Shown: positions 30,286 through 38,981 of the stretch, piece by piece | Position numbering within the stretch: position 1 is the first letter of the stretch | How the letters are laid out: every line of letters begins with the position of its first letter | Assembly (NCBI GenBank): GCA_038320495.1 | Contig: JBBQEG010000001.1 | Location: 11,652-75,651, forward strand | DNA length: 64,000 nucleotides | From: Opitutales bacterium | Lineage (GTDB): Bacteria > Verrucomicrobiota > Verrucomicrobiia > Opitutales > Opitutaceae | Reading direction: 5' to 3' | The notes under the pieces: model-generated | Told to the model about the DNA's origin: nothing | Seen by the model: the letters and a program-made list of their open reading frames with translations, nothing else | Database searches by the model: none | Made by a program: the position numbers and the translations under genes

Positions 30286-32484
30286 TCAGATCGGCACCTT
30301 CGCGAGGTGCACTTCGTCGCGATCGATGGGTTGCAACACGACACCGATTTCTTCCGACGCCATGATGATCATTAGGGTCGGCAATCCGTCAGCTCGGGTG
30401 TTGGGGCTGCAGATCGCGACGGCCGCGATATCCGGAACACTTGGCGTGGCGTCATGCCTGTCGGGGTGGCTATGCCATTCCCCTACATAGGCCACGTTCC
30501 CTAAAGTGCGTTTAAGGGTTCGGCTAACCATCGTGGCTAGACCGTTGCTGCCCCGGATAAAACTCGTCGGCCATGCATCACTGTCCGGCGGAGCCGGCAT
30601 CATTCCGATCACCGCGAGCGAGTGCTGCGTGCGATCGACCACGCCAACCAGAATGCCGCCGGTCTCATCCGGCAAATTTTTTGTGCGCTGCTCTACGAGC
30701 TGCTGAACGACGGCGGAGTGCAACAACACCTGCCAGCCCGCGATGACCACCGCGATCGGCGCCGTAGCCGCGACATTCACGACTGAAACGGCTCCGATCT
30801 CACGCGACCAGCGGTTGATCACTACAGCGGCGTCGCTACTGGCGGCGGCCTTGCGAATTCGGTGCGACAACAATCCAGCGTGGACGGCCACGCCCTCTTG
30901 CGGCACGGTGGCACTGACATCGCGACAACCATTCCCGTAACGGTGGGCGACAACGCCCACATCGTCGAAATGGCCGATCAAGTTGGCATCGAACGCGACC
31001 GCTCGCAGGTATTCCGCTTCGAGCCAGAACAAATCAGTCTTTCGTTTGGCATCCTCAACCAGCAGCACCGACTCATCGCCTCGTTGATTGAGAAACGCGC
31101 TCATTCGCCGGGCCGAACTTCGCTGGTCCGTCGCAAGACGGCGTTCGACCGTCACGGAAGCTGAGAAATCGAGGATCAGTTCCGCTCCCTTTAGCGCGGC
31201 GACCAGCTTGGACTCGTCCTCGCCGGGCGCCAGAAAGTCGCAACCAATCCATGCGGGAGCGCTTCGATCTGGGAACACCGATTGCATGGTCGCGGCGAGC
31301 GCGTGCGCTTTCTTGTGCCCAAGCGCATCAGCATTGAGCAGATGGCGAGCGGGGTTGTGCGGCTCAAGGTCATCATTGTCCACCAATGTCCACTCGCCAA
31401 ACCCGCCGCGCCACAGGTTGTTCGCGATCTGCGATCCAAGTGAGCCCGCGCCGATCGCCACGGTTTTCACGGCCGAAGGCGCGTAGCCGTTCATCGCAGC
31501 GGCCAGATTCGCCGACAGATGCCAACGCACGGAAAGCGGCGCCAGTCGCGTGCCCTTCAGCCGAGCCGGGTCTTCGAACAGCTCACGTTTTTTCGGAACC
31601 CACACGCCCCTCTCTTGGACCTGCTCCACTGCGGTTTTGAATAACTCTCCAATTTCGCTGCCGACAAAGAATGCGCGGTGCTCGACTGATTCGACCTTGC
31701 CGCCTTTTTCCCGCAGTTTGGGCAGCTCGACGACAAGGAGTAGGTGACGCTTGGCGAAGCCCTTCAACTCCTCTCGGAGAGCGCCGATCTGCGCGGAAAT
31801 CGCGCTGACCAAAGAGCCCCCGAGGCTAACCAGCAGTTTTTCGAGATTCCCGAGAGTAACGGGCAACTCGTGGATGACACCGTGCTCTACCGGTGGACCT
31901 TGGACGATAAGCGCAGGCACCGCAACAGCGTCGGGCGCCCACGCCGGTTTCTCTCGTTGGGCCACCCAGAAAAAGGGAGCGCACTGGACGATGAAGAAAC
32001 GCTCCGTGCGACACAGCTGGCCCGCAGCGAAGGGGACGGCCGGCAAGACGATGCGCGCAGGAGAATGCTGCATGATGGCCTCCAGCGGTTGATCGGTCCG
32101 ATGCAGAGTGCCGTCAGCAGTGCCCGCCAACCAGCGGCGAATACGCTCGACGAATCCCCGAGGCGCCCAGTTCTCCCGTTCGTCCGCCCAACTCCGCTCA
32201 TACAGGCACAACTGGCGGGGATAGGCCGCGCCGTTGATCATCGTATGCGGCACCAACGGGAAACTCTTCCGCAGCGCAAAAACCTGCGGCATCGCATCGT
32301 TGGCGGGAAACCGGATGCGCAGGCGCTCGGTCTTATGAATGCGATGAAGCGGCCGCTGAGGGAGATCAACGTCGACCTCCAACTCGATGATCTCGGTGTC
32401 GGTTTCTTTCGACGCCGAGACCAACCGCGCATGAACAAGCCCGCGCGGAATTTCGAGGTAACGCTGGAGTTCTGCCGATCTCAT
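30286..32484 (-). CDS. E2-E1(ThiF)-JAB triple fusion (prokaryotic ubiquitin-like conjugation/deconjugation)
   Basis: E2: PHT..RQLCLY; E1: GAGSLGS, DNDDLEPHNPARH, GNGCR; JAB: ETGG, GEWHSHPD..PS..D. Confidence 0.9.
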   Translation of the reverse strand: MRSAELQRYLEIPRGLVHARLVSASKETDTEIIELEVDVDLPQRPLHRIHKTERLRIRFPANDAMPQVFALRKSFPLVPHTMINGAAYPRQLCLYERSWADERENWAPRGFVERIRRWLAGTADGTLHRTDQPLEAIMQHSPARIVLPAVPFAAGQLCRTERFFIVQCAPFFWVAQREKPAWAPDAVAVPALIVQGPPVEHGVIHELPVTLGNLEKLLVSLGGSLVSAISAQIGALREELKGFAKRHLLLVVELPKLREKGGKVESVEHRAFFVGSEIGELFKTAVEQVQERGVWVPKKRELFEDPARLKGTRLAPLSVRWHLSANLAAAMNGYAPSAVKTVAIGAGSLGSQIANNLWRGGFGEWTLVDNDDLEPHNPARHLLNADALGHKKAHALAATMQSVFPDRSAPAWIGCDFLAPGEDESKLVAALKGAELILDFSASVTVERRLATDQRSSARRMSAFLNQRGDESVLLVEDAKRKTDLFWLEAEYLRAVAFDANLIGHFDDVGVVAHRYGNGCRDVSATVPQEGVAVHAGLLSHRIRKAAASSDAAVVINRWSREIGAVSVVNVAATAPIAVVIAGWQVLLHSAVVQQLVEQRTKNLPDETGGILVGVVDRTQHSLAVIGMMPAPPDSDAWPTSFIRGSNGLATMVSRTLKRTLGNVAYVGEWHSHPDRHDATPSVPDIAAVAICSPNTRADGLPTLMIIMASEEIGVVLQPIDRDEVHLAKVPI

Positions 32485-32497
32485 GTTGGCAGTTGCT

Positions 32498-33595
32498 TCA
32501 GCCGACGCGCGGCGCCGGAGCGCTCACCAACGCGCCGCTGCCGATGGCCGCCGCCGTTTCGAGGCTCGCCCCGGCAAGAGTCACGTTCACGGTAAGACGC
32601 GTCGGTGAGACGCGATTCGGGTGTTCCATCGTGACCATGAACTTCCCGGACTTCGGTTTCAGATTGGTCTTATAGCAGTTCTTCGACTGGAAATGTGGCG
32701 GCTGGTCTTGGTCGATGTCGTCAATCGGTTTGCTCGTGGAGATCACGATGGCGCGGGACTTCCCTTGATCCAAAAGCCACTGCACGTTTGCGATGGGCTT
32801 CGTCTCGCTTTCACCTTTTTCGGGTGAGAGGGAAAGATAGCTACAATGATGCGGGAGTTTATAAACATCCCACTTCAGGCGCTCTCCATTCCTGTGCAGT
32901 CGGGTGATTGCGACGATTTTGTGCCAGTTGTAGTAAGTGGTGTCGGCGGCCATTAGAAACTGCGTGCCGCCGGCTTGGAACGTCGCCTGGAACACCAACG
33001 AGCACTCGTTGCGATCGAGCACCGCGTCGCCATCGCGCTCGCCAAACGGCGAGTGGATGAAAAACTCGACGCCATCCTGGTCTTTCGACCAGCCGGGCAC
33101 GAGCTGGCCCGCATCGGTGATGAGATGGAGGCGGCTTTCCAAGGTCAGGCCCTGGCTTTCGAGCCATTCCTTCAAGTGCGCCGGGCGCGAGAAAACTCGG
33201 ATGCCCTTGCCCTCTATCAGCCGGTGGCGGGCTTCCTGCCGGATTACACGCGCTTCATCTTCGGCGCCCTCCTCGACGATGGCGGCAGCGGGCACCCACA
33301 GCTCGTCGATCTTCACGCGACCTTCGCTCTGATATTTTTCGGCGTGGTTGAGATGGAAAAACCCAGTAGCGCCACAGATGTGATCGTCATCGAGGTGGGT
33401 GAACGCGACCACGTCGATCGTGTCGCGGAGCGGGTAGTTGATGTCTTCCTTCAGCGCTTCCGGCAGGTCGATTCGACGGTCGTCCGGATCGTCCGGATTA
33501 AGCTTCGCTGCGTAATCACACAGCATGAACCTCTTTTCGAGCGTGATAAGACAGGTGTCGGCGTTGCCGACCGGGTAGAAGATAATCTTAGGCAT
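32498..33595 (-). CDS. Metallo-beta-lactamase-fold (ComEC-like) hydrolase with C-terminal Gly
   Basis: VGNAD, THLDDDHICG, NECSLV, ADT, KLPHHCS; ends APAPRVG. Confidence 0.88.
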   Translation of the reverse strand: MPKIIFYPVGNADTCLITLEKRFMLCDYAAKLNPDDPDDRRIDLPEALKEDINYPLRDTIDVVAFTHLDDDHICGATGFFHLNHAEKYQSEGRVKIDELWVPAAAIVEEGAEDEARVIRQEARHRLIEGKGIRVFSRPAHLKEWLESQGLTLESRLHLITDAGQLVPGWSKDQDGVEFFIHSPFGERDGDAVLDRNECSLVFQATFQAGGTQFLMAADTTYYNWHKIVAITRLHRNGERLKWDVYKLPHHCSYLSLSPEKGESETKPIANVQWLLDQGKSRAIVISTSKPIDDIDQDQPPHFQSKNCYKTNLKPKSGKFMVTMEHPNRVSPTRLTVNVTLAGASLETAAAIGSGALVSAPAPRVG

Positions 33596-33778
33596 AATCA
33601 ATCGAATTGTCAGGTCCACGAATCACAGCCGCGGTGTTGCTTACTTACGCCGACCGCGGGCTGGTAGCGGAAGACGCCGATGTTCTCTTACGAGCTAACT
33701 CGGCGCTCCGCGTGACCGACCAATCAACTTGTCGCTTGATTACGATGCGTTGAATTGTCTCAACACTGAGAGCCGAAA

Positions 33779-33808
33779 GCGGGAAGGACGTTTGCCCGTC
33801 CTCCCCGC
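33779..33808 (-). terminator. Hairpin downstream of the small basic protein
   Basis: gcggg-aggacg/cgtcct-cccgc imperfect stem. Confidence 0.4.
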
Positions 33809-33834
33809 GCAAAAGTAGGCTACAAGAAAGGCCC

Positions 33835-34041
33835 CTATGACCGGCGACGGTTGTAGGGGCTTTGGTTTGACGGCGCCAGCGACACACCGAGCTTCGCGGC
33901 TTGAGCCTGAACTGCCACAGGGGTGCGCCCGAGCTTCAGTCCCATTACACGGGTCGGCGTATTCTGGTTTGCCAAGGTCCGAAGCGCGGCGTTTTCGGAG
34001 CCGCCCCACGTGTGACGATGGTTCAAAGGTAATTTTGACAT
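33835..34041 (-). CDS. Small basic Myb/HTH-like protein
   Basis: W....AALRTLANQNTPTRVMGLKLGRT..SLAPSNQSPYNRR matches a conserved small-protein pattern I recognise. Confidence 0.75.
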   Translation of the reverse strand: MSKLPLNHRHTWGGSENAALRTLANQNTPTRVMGLKLGRTPVAVQAQAAKLGVSLAPSNQSPYNRRRS

Positions 34042-34238
34042 AGTTTTGGTTTCCCTTTCTAGCCGCCTTTCCTCCGCTGCTTAAAACGATAGGGCTTTCC
34101 GGCTGAGGGGGAGTCGTGCGCTTTGCAAATGGGGTGTCAACCCCAGAATCGTCCGGAAAGTGAAAATTCCGTTTTCAGTGGCCATTAACGTGAAGTTTGC
34201 TCGACACGTTGGCTGGTTTGCCGCGTCAATAGCTCTTG

Positions 34239-36164
34239 ATGTTGATATCCTTTTCGACCTCGAATTTCCTCTCGTTCAAGGACCCGATTGAGTTCAGCAC
34301 CCGTGCTACGCGCGAGCGCCAGCATAGTCAGCGCGTCTTCTCGCACCGCGGTTCTGACCTTAAATTGGTTCCTATTTCCGCAATTTTTGGCGGTAACGCA
34401 TCGGGTAAATCGAATTTCTATCGCGCCGTTCTCTTCTTGCGGCAGCTCGTCCTTCGCCAACCCCAAACAGCCGACGAGCAGATTGGTGCTGAGGCATTCA
34501 AGCTCGACGACGGACTCAGCGAAACGCTGCCGTCGCGTTTTGTCATCGAAATCCTACCTTCGGATACAATATTTCGTCTCACCATCGCCGTGGCCCGTGA
34601 TGGCGTCGTTGAAGAGAAACTTGAGGAGGTGCGCGGCGAGCGCAGCGTAATAATATACTCCCGTCTCCGTCCCAGCCAAGCGAGGGAAACCGTTTGGAAT
34701 GTCGAGCCATTACAGCGCAGGGCCAAGTCAGCCAACGATCGCGATTTCGTCGGGTTCAAAACGCGCGACACGCTCCCCAACCAACTGTTCCTCGGCGCGC
34801 TCCGCGGGAAGAATGTCCCAGTCGTGGATGAAATCTCGGCTTGGTTTAGCGATCAACTGGCCTTGATGCTGCCGGATTCGACGCTCAAGCGGCTCGAATT
34901 TAATCTACCGACGACACGAGGGTTGCTCGAATTCTGTAATGAAACTTTAAGGACAGCGGACACGGGCGTCCATGACATCTCGCCGCAGAAGGTCGCGTGG
35001 CAGGACTTTCCCGTCCCCCTCGACCTCAAGGAAGAAATAAAAAAGAACCTGGGGGAACGGCAGCTAACATTCGTTCTCTCGCCCGACGGGCGCCGCTTCT
35101 CGGTCACGCGGCATAACGGGGAGCTTCACGTCGCCCGCATTTACACCCATCACAAGTCCGCGAGCGGAGCGCTCGTCCGCTTCGAACTTTCCAGCGAGTC
35201 TGAAGGCACGCAGCGGTTCCTCGACCTGTTGCCCGCCTTTTATGAAATGGTCCGGCCCGGTCGTCCGAAGGTGTTCATCATTGATGAACTGGATCGTAGC
35301 CTACACACCCAACTAGCGAAGCATTTGGTTCAGGGCTATCTGAGGGCGATGGATTCCGACTCCCGCAGCCAGCTGATCTTTACGACGCACGATGTGACGC
35401 TCCTCGATCAAGAGCTGCTGCGCCGTGACGAAATCTGGTTCATGGAGAAGGATCCGTGGGGCGCGTCCGCCCTCGTCTCCCTGGCCTCATTTGAAGGCGT
35501 GCGCTATGACCGCGATATCCAACGAGGCTATCTTGATGGAAATTTCGGCGGCGTGCCGCGTTTCACTGGCCCCGCCTTCCGGGCCTTGCCTGGTCCGAGG
35601 ATTCAGCCATCGGGTGGCGCCGCCGTGCACCACACCAAGAAGACTGGCGGTGACGATTACGCGGTCTTTGCGGATGCTTACCCGGCCACAAGCGCCGATC
35701 AGCTTGTCTGCGAACTCGCGCTCGACATCGTGGATTCGAGGCCAGGGATACCAAGTGCGGACTATCTCGACACGCTGATTTTAGCCACTCACCCCGAATT
35801 GTGTCGGACCTTAACCTCCAAAAAACCGAGGCGAAAAACCGATGCCCTTTTTGATTCGGTTCGGAATGAAACGGATTTGATCGCCAAATTGGGGCTCAAA
35901 TGGAGCGAGTGCATCGGCTATCTTGAACAAAGCCGAAACGCATTGGAAATTAGGCGCACCGAGCCGGAACAGCCCATTTACCGGGGAGAAAATTTTGCGC
36001 CGCTGCAACAGTTATTCCCTCCTAAACGCGTTCCATTGGTTTTATTTGCCTTGTCCGTGTTGGAATCGGTGAAAGAAACTAGAGGAAGCGAACCCCAATC
36101 AGCCGAACGATCACGCGCTTCCAGAACGTTTGAGCAGCTTCGCGTCAAATACTCCATGCCCTAA
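34239..36164 (+). CDS. AAA_21/RloA-like ABC ATPase with extra ~200-aa C-terminal domain
   Basis: NFLSFK, GGNASGKSN, ESEGT, IDELDRSLH, FTTHD, RRDEIWF, YLDGNFGGVP then an extension. Confidence 0.85.
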   Translation: MLISFSTSNFLSFKDPIEFSTRATRERQHSQRVFSHRGSDLKLVPISAIFGGNASGKSNFYRAVLFLRQLVLRQPQTADEQIGAEAFKLDDGLSETLPSRFVIEILPSDTIFRLTIAVARDGVVEEKLEEVRGERSVIIYSRLRPSQARETVWNVEPLQRRAKSANDRDFVGFKTRDTLPNQLFLGALRGKNVPVVDEISAWFSDQLALMLPDSTLKRLEFNLPTTRGLLEFCNETLRTADTGVHDISPQKVAWQDFPVPLDLKEEIKKNLGERQLTFVLSPDGRRFSVTRHNGELHVARIYTHHKSASGALVRFELSSESEGTQRFLDLLPAFYEMVRPGRPKVFIIDELDRSLHTQLAKHLVQGYLRAMDSDSRSQLIFTTHDVTLLDQELLRRDEIWFMEKDPWGASALVSLASFEGVRYDRDIQRGYLDGNFGGVPRFTGPAFRALPGPRIQPSGGAAVHHTKKTGGDDYAVFADAYPATSADQLVCELALDIVDSRPGIPSADYLDTLILATHPELCRTLTSKKPRRKTDALFDSVRNETDLIAKLGLKWSECIGYLEQSRNALEIRRTEPEQPIYRGENFAPLQQLFPPKRVPLVLFALSVLESVKETRGSEPQSAERSRASRTFEQLRVKYSMP

Positions 36165-36169
36165 GCAGA

Positions 36170-38233
36170 ATGAACATCCTCGACCAGCTCCCCAAACAGC
36201 CGATCAAGACGGAGCCGGATGTGTGGGTGAGACGGTTGGTCTTGTATTCCAGACTCACGCTCAACCCGGAAGTGATCCGCGATATTGGCCTGCACCGCGG
36301 ACTGAATATTGTCTGGGCGGAGGAGCCAGAATCGGAAACGGACAAAAGCGATATCGCAGGGCACAGCGCGGGTAAAACCACATTTTGCCGGCTACTTCGT
36401 TACGTGCTCGGGGAAAAAACGTATGCCAACAAATCCAGCACGCAGGCGCTCAGGAAATCTTTCCCTAATGGTTATGTCGCGGCGGAGATTTTTGTGCGAG
36501 GCGCCCAGTGGGCAGTGCTCCGCCCGTTGGGCGAGAACCGGAATTCGTGGGTTCTAAAGGGCGGGACGATAGAACAGGTCGTAACGGAGAAGGGCGAACC
36601 TGCGTATCAGGAAACATACCCCGACAAGATTGGCTTGTCCGGACTGCTGGAAGGACTGGCTTCATCGACTGTGGTTCGGACGCAGGAGGAGATTAAGTGG
36701 GGTCATGTGCTGGCGTGGTGTGCGCGGGACCAAGAGGCGCGTTTTCAAAACGTCTACGATTGGCGCTCGTCGCGCAGTGAATCGGAGTGGCCGACTTTTC
36801 GCTTTCCCAAATCGGATCCACTTTTTGTGATGCGCGTGGTCCTCGGCCTTTATCTGCCGGACGAACTCAGCACTGAAGAACTTTTTTCGGCCAATCTCCG
36901 CGCCTTGGAAAAGGCGGAAGCCTATTTGGAGGGGATGAAACGGGAACCCGAGTTTTGGCAGCAGCACTACAATAATAAGCTCAGGGAGCGCCTGCAGATC
37001 CTCCTTGTCGCGGACGCCGACGAGATTGCGCGCGCACCCTTGCGGTCGGAAGAAGTGTTGCCCGATCTCAAGCGCTACGTCGAAAAAGCCAAATATCTCC
37101 TGGCGGAGAATCTCGATGCTTTTACTGCCGAAAATGCCGAGCTGCAATCGCAGCTCAACGCGCTGAATGAACAGCTGGCCCAGAGCAAGAGTGAGCTCCG
37201 TCAGATCGAAGCTCTTTTCTATTTAGGGGAAAAGGCGGACATTGAAATCGATGCCGGCCTGAAACGAAACGAGGAGTTCCGCAAAAAAGCCGCTGAACTC
37301 AAGGATCGGATGTGCCCGCTGGGTGGCGTGCTGTTCGGGGAATGCGACTATGTCCAGCAACGGCAAGCCCGGCTCCAGCCGCACGAATTGCGTGATGCCC
37401 ATGCTCTCGAACAGCGAGAAGCCCAACGCGCGGAAGAAGGACAAAAAATCACTCGGCAACATGACGAGTTGCGCCTAAAAATCCAACAAGACGAACAGCA
37501 ACGGACTATCCTCTTGGAGCGACAGATGCGGATGGGCTCCAAGATGAATGAACAGACGGCCACCAGCACGAACTTAGATCAGGAATTCGAAAACCTGAGC
37601 GCCTGGCAGGCACGTCTCTCGGCGCCGGAAAAGAATGAGAAGTTAAAAATCGCAGTCCAAGAAATTGCTTCGTTGAAGGAGAAGATTGCGGACAAGCGGG
37701 CACGCTTAAACCGCTTGCTGGCCGATCACGATTCCAACCGGGATCTGTTGAACCGGATATTCTCGCAGTCGGCCCGCTTGGTCCTGCCTTCTTCGAACTA
37801 TGACGGCCAAGTCAGCTTTCAGGATCGCGAACTAAACTTCCAAATAACTCACGGCGGGGCGATGAGCGGCGAGGCGATGGAAACCCTGGCGGTGCTGCTT
37901 GCCGATGTCAGCTGCCTCATTTTCAACTCGCTTTCCGACGGCGCGCATCTGCCTGGCTTCCTGTTGCATGACAGCCCGCGGGAAGCCGATCTCGGCCTAC
38001 GCCTCTATCATGGATTTATTAGCTTTGTCGCCGCGGTGGAGGCAGATTTCAATTCCCGAGGAGGCTGTCCGTTTCAATATATTCTGACTACGACGACCCC
38101 GCCGCCGCGCTCGGTTGTGAATAAAGCCCATATCGCATTGCGACTCAACGCGTCGAAGGAATCGGAGCTGCTTTTTCGGCGCAATCTCGCTCGACCGCCG
38201 GATGAAGAGCAGCTCGAGCTGCCCGCCCGCTAG
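36170..38233 (+). CDS. SMC/Rad50-like coiled-coil ABC ATPase (ABC-three-component/Lamassu-like)
   Basis: GHSAGKTT Walker A, long coiled coil, central CP..C hook-like motif, FLLHDSPREADL Walker B, QYILTTTT. Confidence 0.8.
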   Translation: MNILDQLPKQPIKTEPDVWVRRLVLYSRLTLNPEVIRDIGLHRGLNIVWAEEPESETDKSDIAGHSAGKTTFCRLLRYVLGEKTYANKSSTQALRKSFPNGYVAAEIFVRGAQWAVLRPLGENRNSWVLKGGTIEQVVTEKGEPAYQETYPDKIGLSGLLEGLASSTVVRTQEEIKWGHVLAWCARDQEARFQNVYDWRSSRSESEWPTFRFPKSDPLFVMRVVLGLYLPDELSTEELFSANLRALEKAEAYLEGMKREPEFWQQHYNNKLRERLQILLVADADEIARAPLRSEEVLPDLKRYVEKAKYLLAENLDAFTAENAELQSQLNALNEQLAQSKSELRQIEALFYLGEKADIEIDAGLKRNEEFRKKAAELKDRMCPLGGVLFGECDYVQQRQARLQPHELRDAHALEQREAQRAEEGQKITRQHDELRLKIQQDEQQRTILLERQMRMGSKMNEQTATSTNLDQEFENLSAWQARLSAPEKNEKLKIAVQEIASLKEKIADKRARLNRLLADHDSNRDLLNRIFSQSARLVLPSSNYDGQVSFQDRELNFQITHGGAMSGEAMETLAVLLADVSCLIFNSLSDGAHLPGFLLHDSPREADLGLRLYHGFISFVAAVEADFNSRGGCPFQYILTTTTPPPRSVVNKAHIALRLNASKESELLFRRNLARPPDEEQLELPAR

Positions 38234-38429
38234 CAGGGGTTAGGTCGCCGTTTGAATTGCTGTCATTTTCCTTTAGGCTGCTTTGAAGGGGCGTCTCTGT
38301 GAAGTGGGCTTGGCTCGGTGGGTGTCGCCGGAGCTCCGCGCGTCGATCCCTACGACGCTTAGCCACGGCCCGTCCCGCTCCGAACGCTGGCGAGCCTAAC
38401 TGGGACTCATCCGGCCCCAGCCCCCGGCG

Positions 38430-38606
38430 TTAACGCGGCGTGCGCGGCAGATGTCGCGTGCGCGGCCGACCAGAGCGCTCATCGCGTGCGATGCCGTGGC
38501 GTTTGCAAAAGCGCCGGAAATCGAGCGAGCTGATCCGCAATCGGAGGGGGGCGAGATGGGCGCGCACGTCGCGCGTCCGGTAAGCTTTGCGGGGATGCCG
38601 CAGCAT
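38430..38606 (-). CDS. Short basic HTH-like ORF, possibly a remnant
   Basis: FRRFCKRHGIARDERSGRPR with GRPR tail. Confidence 0.3.
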   Translation of the reverse strand: MLRHPRKAYRTRDVRAHLAPLRLRISSLDFRRFCKRHGIARDERSGRPRTRHLPRTPR

Positions 38607-38636
38607 GTAAACCCAAGGCGTGCAGCTTCCACCAAT

Positions 38637-38868
38637 CGGCTTAACCGAAATGTCAGGGGTCACCTCGAATGTACCACCCCTGGTCGAAATCGAGTGTACC
38701 ACCTCAGTTTTATAACTCCGCACTGATTCTACAATAATCTCACCGCTATCCGCTCTTATTGAGCTTCTTGCAGAATCAGTGCTCCGTTAACTTACGAATG
38801 TCGAGTGGTACACTCGATTTCGACCAACCTGGTACACTTTGATTCGACCGGTGACAAACCGAAAGCCG
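38637..38868. repeat. ~230-bp imperfect palindrome
   Basis: Perfect 22-bp arms 38681-38702/38805-38826; 14/15-bp arms 38720-38734/38768-38782; further short outer arms. Confidence 0.9.
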
Positions 38869-38981
38869 TTCGCAAGCGCCCCGGCTTGATGCCGGCGAGC
38901 AGTTTGACCGCGCTGCCGAGCTGGGCGAGTGCCCGCGCGTCGCCGGAACGGATGGCCGAGCCGAACACGGCCGAGCCGAAC

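Noticed and set aside
28860-32484. Calling the locus canonical type II CBASS (cap2/cap3)
   Set aside because: E2-E1-JAB is a single chain upstream of the cyclase and paired with an MBL; the cyclase lacks a Gly/Ala-ended tail
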